DNA of 63,568 bases, filler included, from Rhabdomonas costata (taxonomy: Eukaryota), in the NCBI GenBank assembly GCA_019059605.1. It is 56 parts of 56 records of this genome, joined end to end, with 100 filler letters (N's around TTAATTAATTAA, not from the genome) between each part and the next. Parts side by side here need not be neighbours in the genome. Positions count along the whole stretch, not along the records: positions 50,029 to 51,065 come from JAHMHO010032117.1; positions 51,166 to 52,202 come from JAHMHO010032118.1; positions 52,303 to 53,338 come from JAHMHO010032119.1; positions 53,439 to 54,475 come from JAHMHO010032120.1; positions 54,576 to 55,612 come from JAHMHO010032121.1; positions 55,713 to 56,749 come from JAHMHO010032122.1; positions 56,850 to 57,886 come from JAHMHO010032123.1; positions 57,987 to 59,023 come from JAHMHO010032124.1; 48 more parts are not named here. One strand, given 5' to 3'. Position numbers and translations under genes: made by a program. Under the pieces are notes generated by a model that saw nothing but the letters and a program-made list of their open reading frames with translations, was not told the origin of the DNA and did no database searches. Position 1 is the first letter of the stretch, and the number at the start of each line of letters is the position of its first letter. Shown here piece by piece: positions 50,986-62,434 of this stretch.

Positions 50986-52689
50986 ATGGATGAAGGGGTT
51001 CGCGTCCCCTCATTTTTCTCCTTTCGCTTCCTACCTCTCCTTCCTCATATCCTATCTGCTCCCTTNNNNNNNNNNNNNNNNNNNNNNNNNNNNNNNNNNN
51101 NNNNNNNNNTTAATTAATTAANNNNNNNNNNNNNNNNNNNNNNNNNNNNNNNNNNNNNNNNNNNNATTTGAGTCGAAAGTGTGGTCGCACAGTGTGGGCA
51201 CACAAGGCTGACGGCTGGGCATCCCTTGACGGCCCAGCTGAGGCAGCAGCCCGCCACCGTCCTTGGGAGACGCTGCTGGGGGTGCCTCAACGGGACCCGG
51301 AAACGCATCCACTCTGGAGAAGATTATGGGGCGATGAACCGAACCATTGCAGTGTTGTCAGGTCTCAAATGGAAGCGAAAATACGCACCTCTGAGATAAG
51401 GTAGGACATTCCGAATCAAAGGAAGGTGAATTGTTAAGGTCTTCTGCTGAGTGGGCTGTCACCGTCTTGCTACATGAATTCAAGCGAACGGATCCCGAAA
51501 TAAAAAACAATGGCAATTAGTAGAGTCAGCGTTGAACAGACTGCGGTGAATGAGTGGCGACCTTTTACGTGGTCAAGAAGCTGATTCCAAGCAACTTACG
51601 AAAACAAAATTGAACACCCAAAAAAACGTTCATTACGAAGCGATGCTATTTGCTTGACACCCGCAGGCTCAAGGGTTTTTCGAGGACCTGCTGCTGGCTG
51701 AGAGCAGCGACGCGGCGGCTTCCGAGGGGTTGGCGCCTGCTGCTCCGGAAGGCGGAGAGGTGCTCGAGGGCTGCACGGCAGGACCCTCGGCACTGGCTCG
51801 GCGGACGGCGCCCTTTTTGTGGTCGGATGCATGCACCACGTACAAGCTGACGAACGATGTCGGCCAGAAACCGCAGTGGAGCGAGGAAAATGACCCACCT
51901 CAACATTCGGTAACGCCAATCAACTTTAAAGCCACTCTTTGATTCTTGGAAACTGAAGTAGATGGAACAGTCATTTCGCTCCCTTGAAAGTAAAAATTAA
52001 CCCCCTCCCCGACTCTTGAGAGGAAGGGCAGTGTGCTGCTAGGAGAGCAATGAGAACAAAAAGGAACAAGCGCAAATTAAGCCTCATCCTTGCCACTAAA
52101 AACGACAGATATTCATTTTCAATACTCTCAGGACGTGATATACTCAAACCAGGAAATGTCGCGGAATGCGGAATGCCCACCCCAACCAACCACACCCAAC
52201 ACNNNNNNNNNNNNNNNNNNNNNNNNNNNNNNNNNNNNNNNNNNNNTTAATTAATTAANNNNNNNNNNNNNNNNNNNNNNNNNNNNNNNNNNNNNNNNNN
52301 NNGGGGTTGTTGCTGCGATGTCAAGCTGAGTATGTTGCTTGTTGTGTTTCGTTGCGTAGGGTGTGTTTGGGTTCTGAGGTTCGTGGTGTTGGGGTCAGGA
52401 TGTCGGGATGTTGGGTGTGGGTGTCATGGCTGTAGTTCGGTGTGATGTGCTGAGGGTTGAGGGCCAAGGTGTGAGGTTGAGGGTGTGTTTGTCAACGAAT
52501 CGAGGGTTTGAGAGTGAGCGTAAGGTCTCAGGGTGCATGGCTGTAGTAGGGTGTCAAGGGGAATAGAGTGTAGGCATCGTGCTGACAACCCCTCCTACCA
52601 GCTGTGAGAATGAGCCCTTGGGGTGTGAGACGCGAAGGGAGAGGTGAAGTGAGGCCTTGACGTGATGCCTTGAGACCTTCCACGTACCC

Positions 52690-53262
52690 TGAGGCATTCC
52701 TCCGACTCACTAACACCATCGCCTTGGGAACACTCACCCTTCCATCCTCTACTACGCATGGCTCGCTGACGCACCCATGCTTCGTACCTTCTATGCACCC
52801 TCCTTTACGCATTCCTGGGTGAGAGGGTGTAGGGATGATGCATGGCTGTAGTGCCTTGTGTCTTTCATGCTTCTGTGAGGGGTTCCTAGAGTGGAAGGGT
52901 GGATTTCAGGACGTAGGGGTATCTTGGTGTGTAGAGGCATTCCTACCTGCGGTGCTGAACCCTCTACTCCTACTACGGATGGCTCGCTACGCACCCATCC
53001 TTCGTGACCTTACCTGATGCAAGACTCCGATTCCCAACGCATCCTCAACTCGGGGGCACTCTCTACTACGGCATGTCAGTACCGACCATGCCTACGTACC
53101 CTCTAAGCGTAAAGGCCCCGCAGGGTACAAGGGCTGAAGTCAAGCTGAGTATGCTGTAGTGAGAGAGAAAGAATGCCTAGGGGGTGTTTCATCCTTCTAC
53201 GCATGGCTCCCTCGCTACGCTCAGACCCATGCTTCGATGCTAAGGGTATTACTCCGATTCCA
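52690..53262. repeat. Scrambled degenerate repeat region, about 220-bp recurrence
   Basis: ctacgcatggctc...cccatgcttcg occurs at about 52753, 52973 and 53197; gaggcattcct and actccgattcc also recur. Confidence 0.6.
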
Positions 53263-54343
53263 GATGACAGAGTTTTCTCTTTTCTTTTTTTTTCGGACAC
53301 TGAGCGCTTGTCCGTTGGAGTGCATCCGGGAAAAAACANNNNNNNNNNNNNNNNNNNNNNNNNNNNNNNNNNNNNNNNNNNNTTAATTAATTAANNNNNN
53401 NNNNNNNNNNNNNNNNNNNNNNNNNNNNNNNNNNNNNNTTTTGGCACATGGTTTGTCTTTCCTGTCGGAATTCCCACTGCGAACAGGAAGCATTGCAGGT
53501 TTTTTTTTTGAGGAAATGAACTTCAAGAACTTGTTCATAGTGGCCCGACTTTAATCGGGCATCCCGCGAGTAGCACCGCGCGTTTTCATTTGATGGCCCG
53601 CATTGCTTGTGGTGAGGACGCGTTTCGCAGTTTTCGGGGGGGGGGGCAGCGTTTTACTTTCTGCCCCTGCGGGGCTTTCTGGTTCCCTGCATTCATTGCT
53701 CCTTTATTTTTACTGTCCATCTGGCCTCGTTTGCTTATTGACTTCTGCAGAGCACTCGCTTGTGCTGTCACACTCTGCGATGGAAGGGTGACGGCTAATG
53801 TGAGTGTGGACAGTTTTGGAGAAAGTGTGCAGAAGACTTTCTGGCGCCGCTGCGTTTGCTGTTGCTCAGGCCCCGCCCGAGGGAAGCCACGCACATAGCA
53901 CACCTTGGGAGAGAATGCTTTCCGGGTTGTGTGTTCTGCGGCTGAGATGCCTGGGGGTCTCCAGCGCTCTGGGTGCCACCGCTACCGCACTGGCATGGCG
54001 GAGTCCACAGCAGCGAAGGACAGACAGCTCTGGCGGCTGCGCCGCACCGTGGAAGTGGTTGGGGCGTCTCTTCTGCGATTTGGACGGGGTAAAGCTGCCG
54101 TGTAAAGGGAAGTGGTGCCAGGATAGCGCCTCGCCATAGCCCCTGCACACACATACACACACACACGCAAGCACACACAAACACACACAAATGCCACGAT
54201 TAGCGGGGTATTATGGTCGGCTTCACTAAAAAAAAACGGGGAAAGCGTAAAAAAAAGCCTAAAAGAAAGAAAAAGCAAAAATAAAAGCAGGGGATTTACT
54301 CTGCACCGCGGAGACGGCGAAAATTGTGATGTGTGCTCACCAG

Positions 54344-54475
54344 CAACACATGCACAAAAACACATCGAAGGTGCTCACGGACTTTGACAAGAAGGTCGTC
54401 GAGATTTGCGGTGACCGCCCAGAGAGGCTGCCCCAGAAGGCCATGTGGAAGGCTCTCTGGGCGGTCACCACAAAC
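54344..54475 (+). CDS. Hypothetical protein exon (truncated)
   Basis: ccag|QHMHKNTSKVLTDFDKKVVEICGDRPERLPQKAMWKALWAV; GC-rich third codon positions. Confidence 0.45.
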
Positions 54476-55234
54476 NNNNNNNNNNNNNNNNNNNNNNNNN
54501 NNNNNNNNNNNNNNNNNNNTTAATTAATTAANNNNNNNNNNNNNNNNNNNNNNNNNNNNNNNNNNNNNNNNNNNNGGGGTGGTGCAGCAATAGAAAGCAA
54601 AAGCCCAACAAACGTTCGGCTGGAAAAGTTTGGCAATTGGGGCATTCAGACTTAGCGGTGTGTCAACAGTCGTATCAACACCTCCGTTAATATGTATTTG
54701 CGATCCCAATTTCAGATTAAATATCTGGGGATTGAATGAGGACTCCGTTGAGTCCGGCAACACTGTTTTAGTGCAAGCGAAAAACACTACTCTTGCTTAA
54801 ACACACGCATGACAATTTACTCTTGCCGTTTTTTTTTGGTAAAGAAAATCGTTTCGGCGCGAAATGGTCATATACATCAAAACGACGGCTGACGCTAAAC
54901 AGTTAAGGCACACACACTGCATTCCGTGGGACAATATCCGGACCTGATTCGATGGACCGCGGCCACAGAAAAATTCACTCAAAAAACTTCCCGGAAGAAT
55001 ACAGGGACACTCTTAGGTCGGAGAGACACACCCCGGGTTGCCTGCAAAGTTGCCGTCGAACACCATATGGTGCTGTTATACTGGTGTCAAACTTGCGTTC
55101 CTCCTTAACCTGTTTAATGCAAACAGGTTTTTGCGCCACTCACTGTCAGCTGTTAACTGTTAGCTGTTGCCGGGACGCAAGCCGAAAAGCAGAGGGTTGG
55201 GTCTGCAACGGCTGAGAGTGAGGGGGAGGGCGGC

Positions 55235-55606
55235 AGCACAGCATCAGTTCTCAAGAATCATCATGAGAATTCAAAGTGAGGAATTATCTCGCTCAAATGA
55301 CAACTTCATGTAAGGGTCTGGGAATGCACATCCAAAGATGGAGCCTGTTGGCTTTAAGTAGATGGAGATCGCTTTGGAATCACGGCAGCTCGGCTCCAAA
55401 AGCACCGGCAAGCGAACAAGCGAACGAGTGGCACTGTCAACAACAATCTTTGTCAGCAACGAAAAGTCCTAAGAAAGAAAGTACACTTGGGTGGGGTTTG
55501 GGGATTTGGATGTGCATTCCCAGACTCTTACATGAAGTTGTCATTTGAGCGAGATAATTCCTCACTTTGAATTCTCATGATGATTCTTGAGAACTGATGC
55601 TGTGCT
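55235..55606. repeat. About 102-bp inverted repeat with one mismatch (55235-55336 and 55505-55606)
   Basis: Reverse-complement match; the second arm ends at the contig end and follows a G/T-only tract. Confidence 0.88.
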
Positions 55607-56357
55607 ACCACCNNNNNNNNNNNNNNNNNNNNNNNNNNNNNNNNNNNNNNNNNNNNTTAATTAATTAANNNNNNNNNNNNNNNNNNNNNNNNNNNNNNNN
55701 NNNNNNNNNNNNTGGGGGGACTGAAGGGAGAGTACATTTGGGGTTCTCGCAACCGCACCAACAGTGTTTACCCATTCTCCACTCTCTTCGGACAGCCATT
55801 GGCACGCACTTACACGCACCACTCACAACAGCCCCCCGCCACAATGAAGCCAAGAATCCAAGCGGGGGGGGGGGTCCTCACACACCTCGTACTCGGCCTT
55901 CCACGGCACCGGGGCCCAGGTCTGGCCCTGTTGCTCAGGGAGGGGAATCGTATCCTGCTGGATCAGCTGCAGCACATTGGAGGGCAACAGCACTGAGGTG
56001 ATTCCCACGGTGACCGTGCTCATCCTCCGGGTCCGGGACTCCATCGAGACCCTTCGGGTAGCGCGAGTGCATTTATGTGTGAATATGAATGCGAGGAGAC
56101 GCGTGAGCTGTGCACGGAGACTGCTGGTGACTTCTATCGACTAACGGCCGCTGTTGGCCACAGGGGAGCTCGAGGGAGGTATCTTTAAGGCACAAGCCGT
56201 GTGGACGGGCGTGTGTGCGCGCGTCTGTAAAAATTCTTTTTTGCGGTTTTCGCTAAATCCCTCGAATTTCTTAATACTTTCCTGGTCCAAAACACCTTAG
56301 AAAAAAATTGCCGCCACCAAAATCCTCTACTGAAAACTGAATTAATAATCCGCTTAG

Positions 56358-56432
56358 GAATGAAAGGAAATGAAATGAAATGAAATGAAAGGAAAGGAAA
56401 GGAAAGGAATGGAATGGAATGGAATGGAAATG
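56358..56432 (+). repeat. Pentanucleotide microsatellite (GAAAT/GGAAA/GGAAT)n
   Basis: Directly visible. Confidence 0.9.
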
Positions 56433-58099
56433 AATAATTAGTATAATGCGCAAGGAATCCTTTTGAGGGGTTATATGAGGGGTTAGTCCGACTCACCCTG
56501 GATGGAATCTTTGCTGATTTAAGGGGCTTCAGTGAGGCACCGTCATGGAGTGAAGGCTGTCAAAGAGAACGGCTCAGACGGGAACATGGCTGACCTCGAG
56601 GACCTGCAATGACGAATTATTATTGGCTGTGCTTGGGAAAATTGCTCCCTTGTTCCCGATAACTCACTGCAAGGTGCTGTGCCCCCCCTCTCTTTTTCTC
56701 TTTTTGCAAAAAGAGGAGTAAGTTTTTCTGCTTCGGGCAGGCAAAAACCNNNNNNNNNNNNNNNNNNNNNNNNNNNNNNNNNNNNNNNNNNNNTTAATTA
56801 ATTAANNNNNNNNNNNNNNNNNNNNNNNNNNNNNNNNNNNNNNNNNNNNTTTCCCGGCTAGCCACTGCTGGTTTGGAGCAATTGCACTTTTGAGTGGGGG
56901 GCGTTAAACGTTTTGAACTTTGTTGAGATGTTGCAAAAATTTGCTGTTAAAACCGTTAAACAACAAAAAATTGTTTTTTAAAAAGGTATTTTTCGACCGT
57001 GGGGGTTCGGTTAAGTGAGCCTGCACTCACTAGATGATGCTATTTTTTTTTTAGGAAAGGCTGTTTGCCAGTGCAAATGATGCTAACTGTTCAATATTTT
57101 GCATTTTTCTGGTCATCATTCAGAGCATACCCAGTGAACAAACGGGCATTAATTGCTCTTCGTCCGTTCGAGGATCTTTTCTAGTTGGGGATGAGTAACG
57201 GTTACGGGTGGCACAAGTCTGTAAGTTTACGGGGTGATGAAACAACGAGATCGCATTGTATGCGGCGTACCTCCTTTTGCGCAGAGTCTGCAATTACAGG
57301 GGACGGCCGAGAGCTGGATGGGCCCTGCCCAGGTTCGGATGGGCAAAACAATGTCACCCCCACCCCCAATTTTCGAACTATAAATGTGACAACGATGGCA
57401 ACTACGCAAGAACACACGCATACAAGCAGAGTGGCAGCCAAGACAACAACTCAACCACGAACACGAAAACGTACAAAAACACGGGACACGCAATGTTCGA
57501 CCAAAACCCGGGGAACTGATAGGGAATGGCAAGCTGACTGAAAGATTACCAAGTGAGATGAGTCTCTCCCTCTTTTTGTGTTTTGTTTCAACCGCAGATG
57601 CCAATTCCCCAATCTCATTCCCAATAATTCACCGGTTCACAGGCCCCCATAGGGCAACACCGTTGCAAGGCGTCTCTCTCTGTCATCGAGGAGATGGAGC
57701 ACCACTGACGGCGACAAGCCTCTCAGATGAGCACCCCACAACCATCAAATTCATCTCATGGGACACACAAAAGAAAACCTCAAACACAAAGCCCCACACG
57801 TCAAACGCACCGAACAACCTAGGGCAGGTCCCCCCCCCCAAAAAGCCCACACACGACACGAGCACTGTGTGTGTACCCCCAAACCCNNNNNNNNNNNNNN
57901 NNNNNNNNNNNNNNNNNNNNNNNNNNNNNNTTAATTAATTAANNNNNNNNNNNNNNNNNNNNNNNNNNNNNNNNNNNNNNNNNNNNTTTTTGGGGGGCCA
58001 TCGGAGTCAACCTCCATCGGCGGCCGTTGGTCAGGCGTGGAAGGGTTGGTGCCCAGAACCTCCAGCTCGTATTCGTCGGTGGGATCGGCTGACTCGCCT

Positions 58100-58500
58100 C
58101 GGACACGCATCCTGCCGCGCCGTGCCAGGGTGGTCGCAGCCCTGAGCCACACCGCAGTGGACAGCGCGTTCCACACCTTGACGTCCAGGTCCGCGGCGGT
58201 CTCGTTAGAATAGGCGCATATGATCTTCATCTGCTTGATGAGCTTTTTATTTACGCCATGCGTGTCCACGGCCCACACGGAGTAACTCCATCCTGCGTCC
58301 TGGCATCCCTGCAGGTACCGCTTATCATTGTGCTTGTGTGCATTGTCCAAAGTACAGTACAGACCGTGAAGTCCAAAGCGTGTGGGCCTTTGGGAAGCAT
58401 GTGTGGGAACAGAAGGTCGGTGGGTACTAGTTCAGGAAGCTGCGGGAGGCGCTTTTCCGTCTCTGCAGATGGCATGCATTGTCTTTTTGAGCACACTTTG
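58100..58500 (-). mobile_element. Non-LTR retrotransposon C-terminal restriction-like endonuclease (CRE/R2-group type), frameshifted
   Basis: VPTDLLFP...HALDFTV...AHKHNDKRY..GC..AGW.Y.VWAVDTHG matches PAD.L....ALD.TV...A..K..KY...C...G..F...A.ET.G. Confidence 0.65.
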
Positions 58501-58600
58501 TCCGCGTGCTGGAGTTCCCGATCCCGAGCTTTTGGTCAGGTGGATTCCGCATCACGGGGATTCCGCATCAAAGAACCATGAACGCAGATCAGATTTAAGA

Positions 58601-58708
58601 GTTGTGCGTTATCAAGGGTTTCGAATGTAGATTGTGAGTGATCGGGACTCGGTGTTCATCTAGTTGTTTTGGAAAGAGCTGATGAAGTTTCTGGACGTGC
58701 AGGTCATC
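58601..58708 (+). mobile_element. Ty3/gypsy integrase core fragment, decayed
   Basis: VVRYQGFRM*IVSDRDSVFI*LFWKELMKFLDV matches HG.P..IVSDRD..F.S.FW..L. Confidence 0.75.
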
Positions 58709-58710
58709 CC

Positions 58711-59023
58711 TGTGAGTGATCATGGGCTTCAAGAAGTCCGGTACGGTCAACACCTGGTACTTCAGCAGCCTGACATTCAGTGTCTGAAACGCCTGCTATT
58801 GAGCTTCGCCTCAAACACACTCACTGTGCTTCTTCATCAGCTCATTCAACGGCGCATCTACCGTTAAATAATCCGGCACAAACATCCGGTATAACCCGCA
58901 CAGTCCTAAGAAACTCTTCACGTCGACCGGGTTCCTCAGCTTCGGCCACACATACATGGCCATTAGTTTCTTTGGCTGGGGTCTGATCCCATTACTCACA
59001 ATGATGAACCAGCAATACCACAC
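58711..59023 (-). mobile_element. Ty3/gypsy RT thumb/connection fragment, decayed
   Basis: GIRPQPKK...WP...DVKSFLGLCGLYRMFVPDY...APLNELMKK...QAFQTL...VLTVPDF, with stops. Confidence 0.85.
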
Positions 59024-60859
59024 NNNNNNNNNNNNNNNNNNNNNNNNNNNNNNNNNNNNNNNNNNNNTTAATTAATTAANNNNNNNNNNNNNNNNNNNNN
59101 NNNNNNNNNNNNNNNNNNNNNNNTGGGGGGTGGGGGTGTGGTCATGAGCGTTTCCTGTGTGTACGGGTGGCAGGAGAGGCTGGGGAGTACCAGTTCTGCT
59201 TTGAGCCCTCGGCGGCGCTTTCCGAGGCTGAGGGCACGTTCTTTTTGGACATCGAGTCTGCACAGAACACGGACTACAGGTGTGGTGGGTGGCGGGGGTG
59301 AGGCCGTTTCTGACCACCTTTTCTCCCAGAACATCCGTATATGGTTGCTGGCAGATTCCTGACAGAAGCATTCCGGCCCACTCGGGTGGCAGCATGAAGT
59401 ACTCCTGGGCCGCTCCCTAAGGTGCGCTAAGCAGCCAACTACGAAGGCTCATTATGCAGCCTGCAAAGAGCATCACTTCCAATGCCGGCGGAAGCTTGTC
59501 ACACAAAGATGTCTCGCAAAAGAAGGGGTTGCGCGCCGAAGGGGCGACAATTTTTTCGGGGCAGAAGCTGCCGTTTGCCCCAATCCAGCAACCTATTGGA
59601 ACAACTCGGTACAGACACAAGGTTTTGATCGAGAACCAGTCTTTCCAGGTGACAAACATCTCAGTTTACGACCTACTGTAGTTCTAGCCTGGTCCTCCCT
59701 GGTCCTCCCTTTCGCTGAAGAAGGGAGTTCCCGGCGGATTCTGTCGTCGGATTCTGCTGTCGGTTTTTGCAATTCAAAGGAAGTATCCACCGGATCCTCT
59801 GTATTAGTACCAAGGGTTAATTTTCGGGTTTGCAAATAGCCCTCTGTTGCCCCTTGTGCAGCGAATTGCCTGCGCAAGTGGCGTGGGTTAGTGCGACAAA
59901 ACCTGCCACAGTGGAAAGCAACAAGTTCATTACCTGCAGTTGCCCTTTCTCCCACCACTTGATCAGGGATGAGAAAGCAGACCGAACGTGCCACCGCCCC
60001 GCAGCACGCGGAAGCAGCCGCTCTTTTCATCAAACACTAATGAAATTCATCGCGATCGCAAAAGGATCGACCCAAGCTTGGGTTCGTCTGTTTACGAATA
60101 CACCGCCTGCCGATTTCAGAATACAGAACGTGCAGGCGGTGTATTCGTAAACAAACAAACNNNNNNNNNNNNNNNNNNNNNNNNNNNNNNNNNNNNNNNN
60201 NNNNTTAATTAATTAANNNNNNNNNNNNNNNNNNNNNNNNNNNNNNNNNNNNNNNNNNNNGGGGTGGGTGTGCATCGCTGCTTCCACTACAGGTACTCAG
60301 TAACCTCAACCACAAAATTGAGTTCATAATGTGCGCTGAGTGGTGTGAGTAGAGTATGCGCTGCTGCCATACGCTACCGGTAACCACTATCAACCGTCAC
60401 CTCTCTACGTGTGGTTTGAGTGGGTTTTTTGTCACCTATGCACGGTTTCGCTGGCCATACACAGGTCGATATTGGGTCGCCATCCCAGCACTACTACCCT
60501 ACGCATATGGTAAGGGTTCATGTCCATCACTGGAGGCTTAGCAGATATACCCAACGTGAGTCAGGGCATCTACCAATCTCACCTCCAGCCACTACTAGCG
60601 TAGGAACATAGGTGTTGAGTTACGCGCTAGGTTGCATAGCCTCACCGTGATACCTGTATCATCACGTGGTTCGTGTTGACTCGATCAGTGAAACGATGCC
60701 AACCCAGGCTTTGAACTTCATGGTCCTTACTACTCAGGACACTGGGAGCGATCGTCGATATGTTGTGGATCACAGAAGTAGCGAGTGGGACATTTGTGGC
60801 ATAGCCATAACGCAGTCTTTCTGTTCGTGTTATCTGTGAGATCCCGAGGTACTTCATGA

Positions 60860-61297
60860 AAATCGAAACCGAAACCAGAACCCAAAAACGCGACTCCTGA
60901 CACCCTCGACTCGCAGACACACACGAAGCACTGACCAAGCACTACACACGAAATCCACCCTCCGAAGAGAGTACCTCGAACCCGAACTCCGACCCCGAAT
61001 ACAAGAATGCCAAATACCAACCCCGAATACATGAAGACAGTAACCCCAACGAAACGTAGCCGAACCCCACGCGAAGAATACAAAAACCCGAAGACCAAAA
61101 CCCAACACCCAACCCCAACACCCAAAGGCAGAAGACCAATACGAATAACGACACCAAATACCCAACTCAGGAACCCAAACACCCAAACCCAACCCCAGAA
61201 ATCCAACCACAAATCCAGAACCCCAAGAGAAATCCAAACCCCAAATACCAACCCCGAATTCCGAAACCGAATGCAAAAACCCGAAGACCACAAACCC
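60860..61297. other. C/A-skewed low-complexity tract, probable primer-derived artefact
   Basis: Almost T-free, rich in acccaa/accccgaa motifs, and increasingly so toward the contig end. Confidence 0.55.
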
Positions 61298-61402
61298 NNN
61301 NNNNNNNNNNNNNNNNNNNNNNNNNNNNNNNNNNNNNNNNNTTAATTAATTAANNNNNNNNNNNNNNNNNNNNNNNNNNNNNNNNNNNNNNNNNNNNGTT
61401 TG

Positions 61403-61494
61403 TTTGTTTCAAATTCAGATAGTTCAAACGTCTCTAAAAGTTGTATCTGAGAACCATTTTTAGAGACGTTTGAACTATCTGAATTTGAAACAAA
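61403..61494. repeat. 37-bp perfect hairpin with an 18-nt loop (61403-61439 and 61458-61494)
   Basis: Exact reverse-complement arms. Confidence 0.9.
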
Positions 61495-61549
61495 TAAAGA
61501 TATCACGCATATATTACAATCAGATATTTTTTATTATAGTATTATATAA

Positions 61550-62150
61550 ATGGGTTTTATTACTGATAATACTTCTAGTGGTGAAGAATAAATCACTTAT
61601 TTACAAAAACTAAAAGATTGTCAAATAGGAGCTCCATCTGATGGTCAGTCTCTTGTTTTCAGTGCTGGAAAATGGATTAATGGAACCGGTAGTGGTGGAG
61701 GTACTGGATCATCTACATTATCTGGTCTTACATATGTATCTTTGACAGGTCTTACACCAAGTCAAATATTAAGATACGATGGTAGTAAATGGGTAAATTC
61801 AAATGCTGCTATGACATTATCTGCTCTAATAGATGTTAGTATGTCTTCAGTTCATGATAAACAAATGTTAAAATATGCTTTACATCTGGTCAATTTGCAA
61901 GATAATATTGATTATGGTTCAGCTGTTCTATTTAATGGCTTATATTGGAATTTAACATCATTACAAAATGGATTAGGTTTTAATATTGATAATTACGGTT
62001 CTAATTCTGTATCTGATTATAACGCGACTACAAGACCTTCAGCATCATCAACATTAATAGATTTAAATTATGGTGTATTGGATTCCACAAAATCGTCCAT
62101 AATCTTGCCTGCATCAACAGCATATCGATATCTAATTATTTATTTATGGT
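61550..62150 (+). pseudogene. AT-rich, intronless virus-like fibre/structural protein remnant
   Basis: MGFITDNTSSGEE*ITYLQKLKDCQIGAPSDGQSLVFSAGKWIN...TLSGLTYVSLTGLTPSQILRYDGSKWVN...TLSALIDVSMSSVHDKQMLKY has three copies of L..L.DV......(G)Q.L.Y...W.N. In-frame TAA at 61589; codons end in A/T. Confidence 0.6.
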
Positions 62151-62434
62151 TCTTACATTCTCGTACATTCTCCCCGATCTTCCCCAAAATCCGACACCAG
62201 CTGAGCTTTTTGCCCACCAAACGTCCGTGGATTATTTGAAGCGCTGCCGCCGCGTCTTCAAGACGTTTAGGTTTGAGTTCTCATTCGAGGATGTCCGGCA
62301 TGACTACTTCGTGGATGAGTGGTGTCCGGCATGGTTCTCCGACGCTCTGGACTACCTGGGCGTGAGGGCCTACGATGGGACCGGGACCCTCTGTGTGCAT
62401 GAATTGCGGTGGAGGATCAAACAGCCTCACCACC
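62150..62434 (+). CDS. GC-rich hypothetical ORF fragment next to the viral remnant
   Basis: Open frame ILPDLPQNPTPAELFAHQ...HDYFVDEWCPAWFSDALDYLGVRAYDG with high GC at third positions. Confidence 0.35.

Noticed and set aside
60730-61345. Long G/V/F/W-rich or P/T/N-rich ORFs
   Set aside because: By-products of base skew, as are the ORFs at 6828-7865.
61589-61591. TAA read as Gln (alternative genetic code)
   Set aside because: It is a single case in a gene with other signs of decay, and the host exons show no in-frame TAA/TAG.
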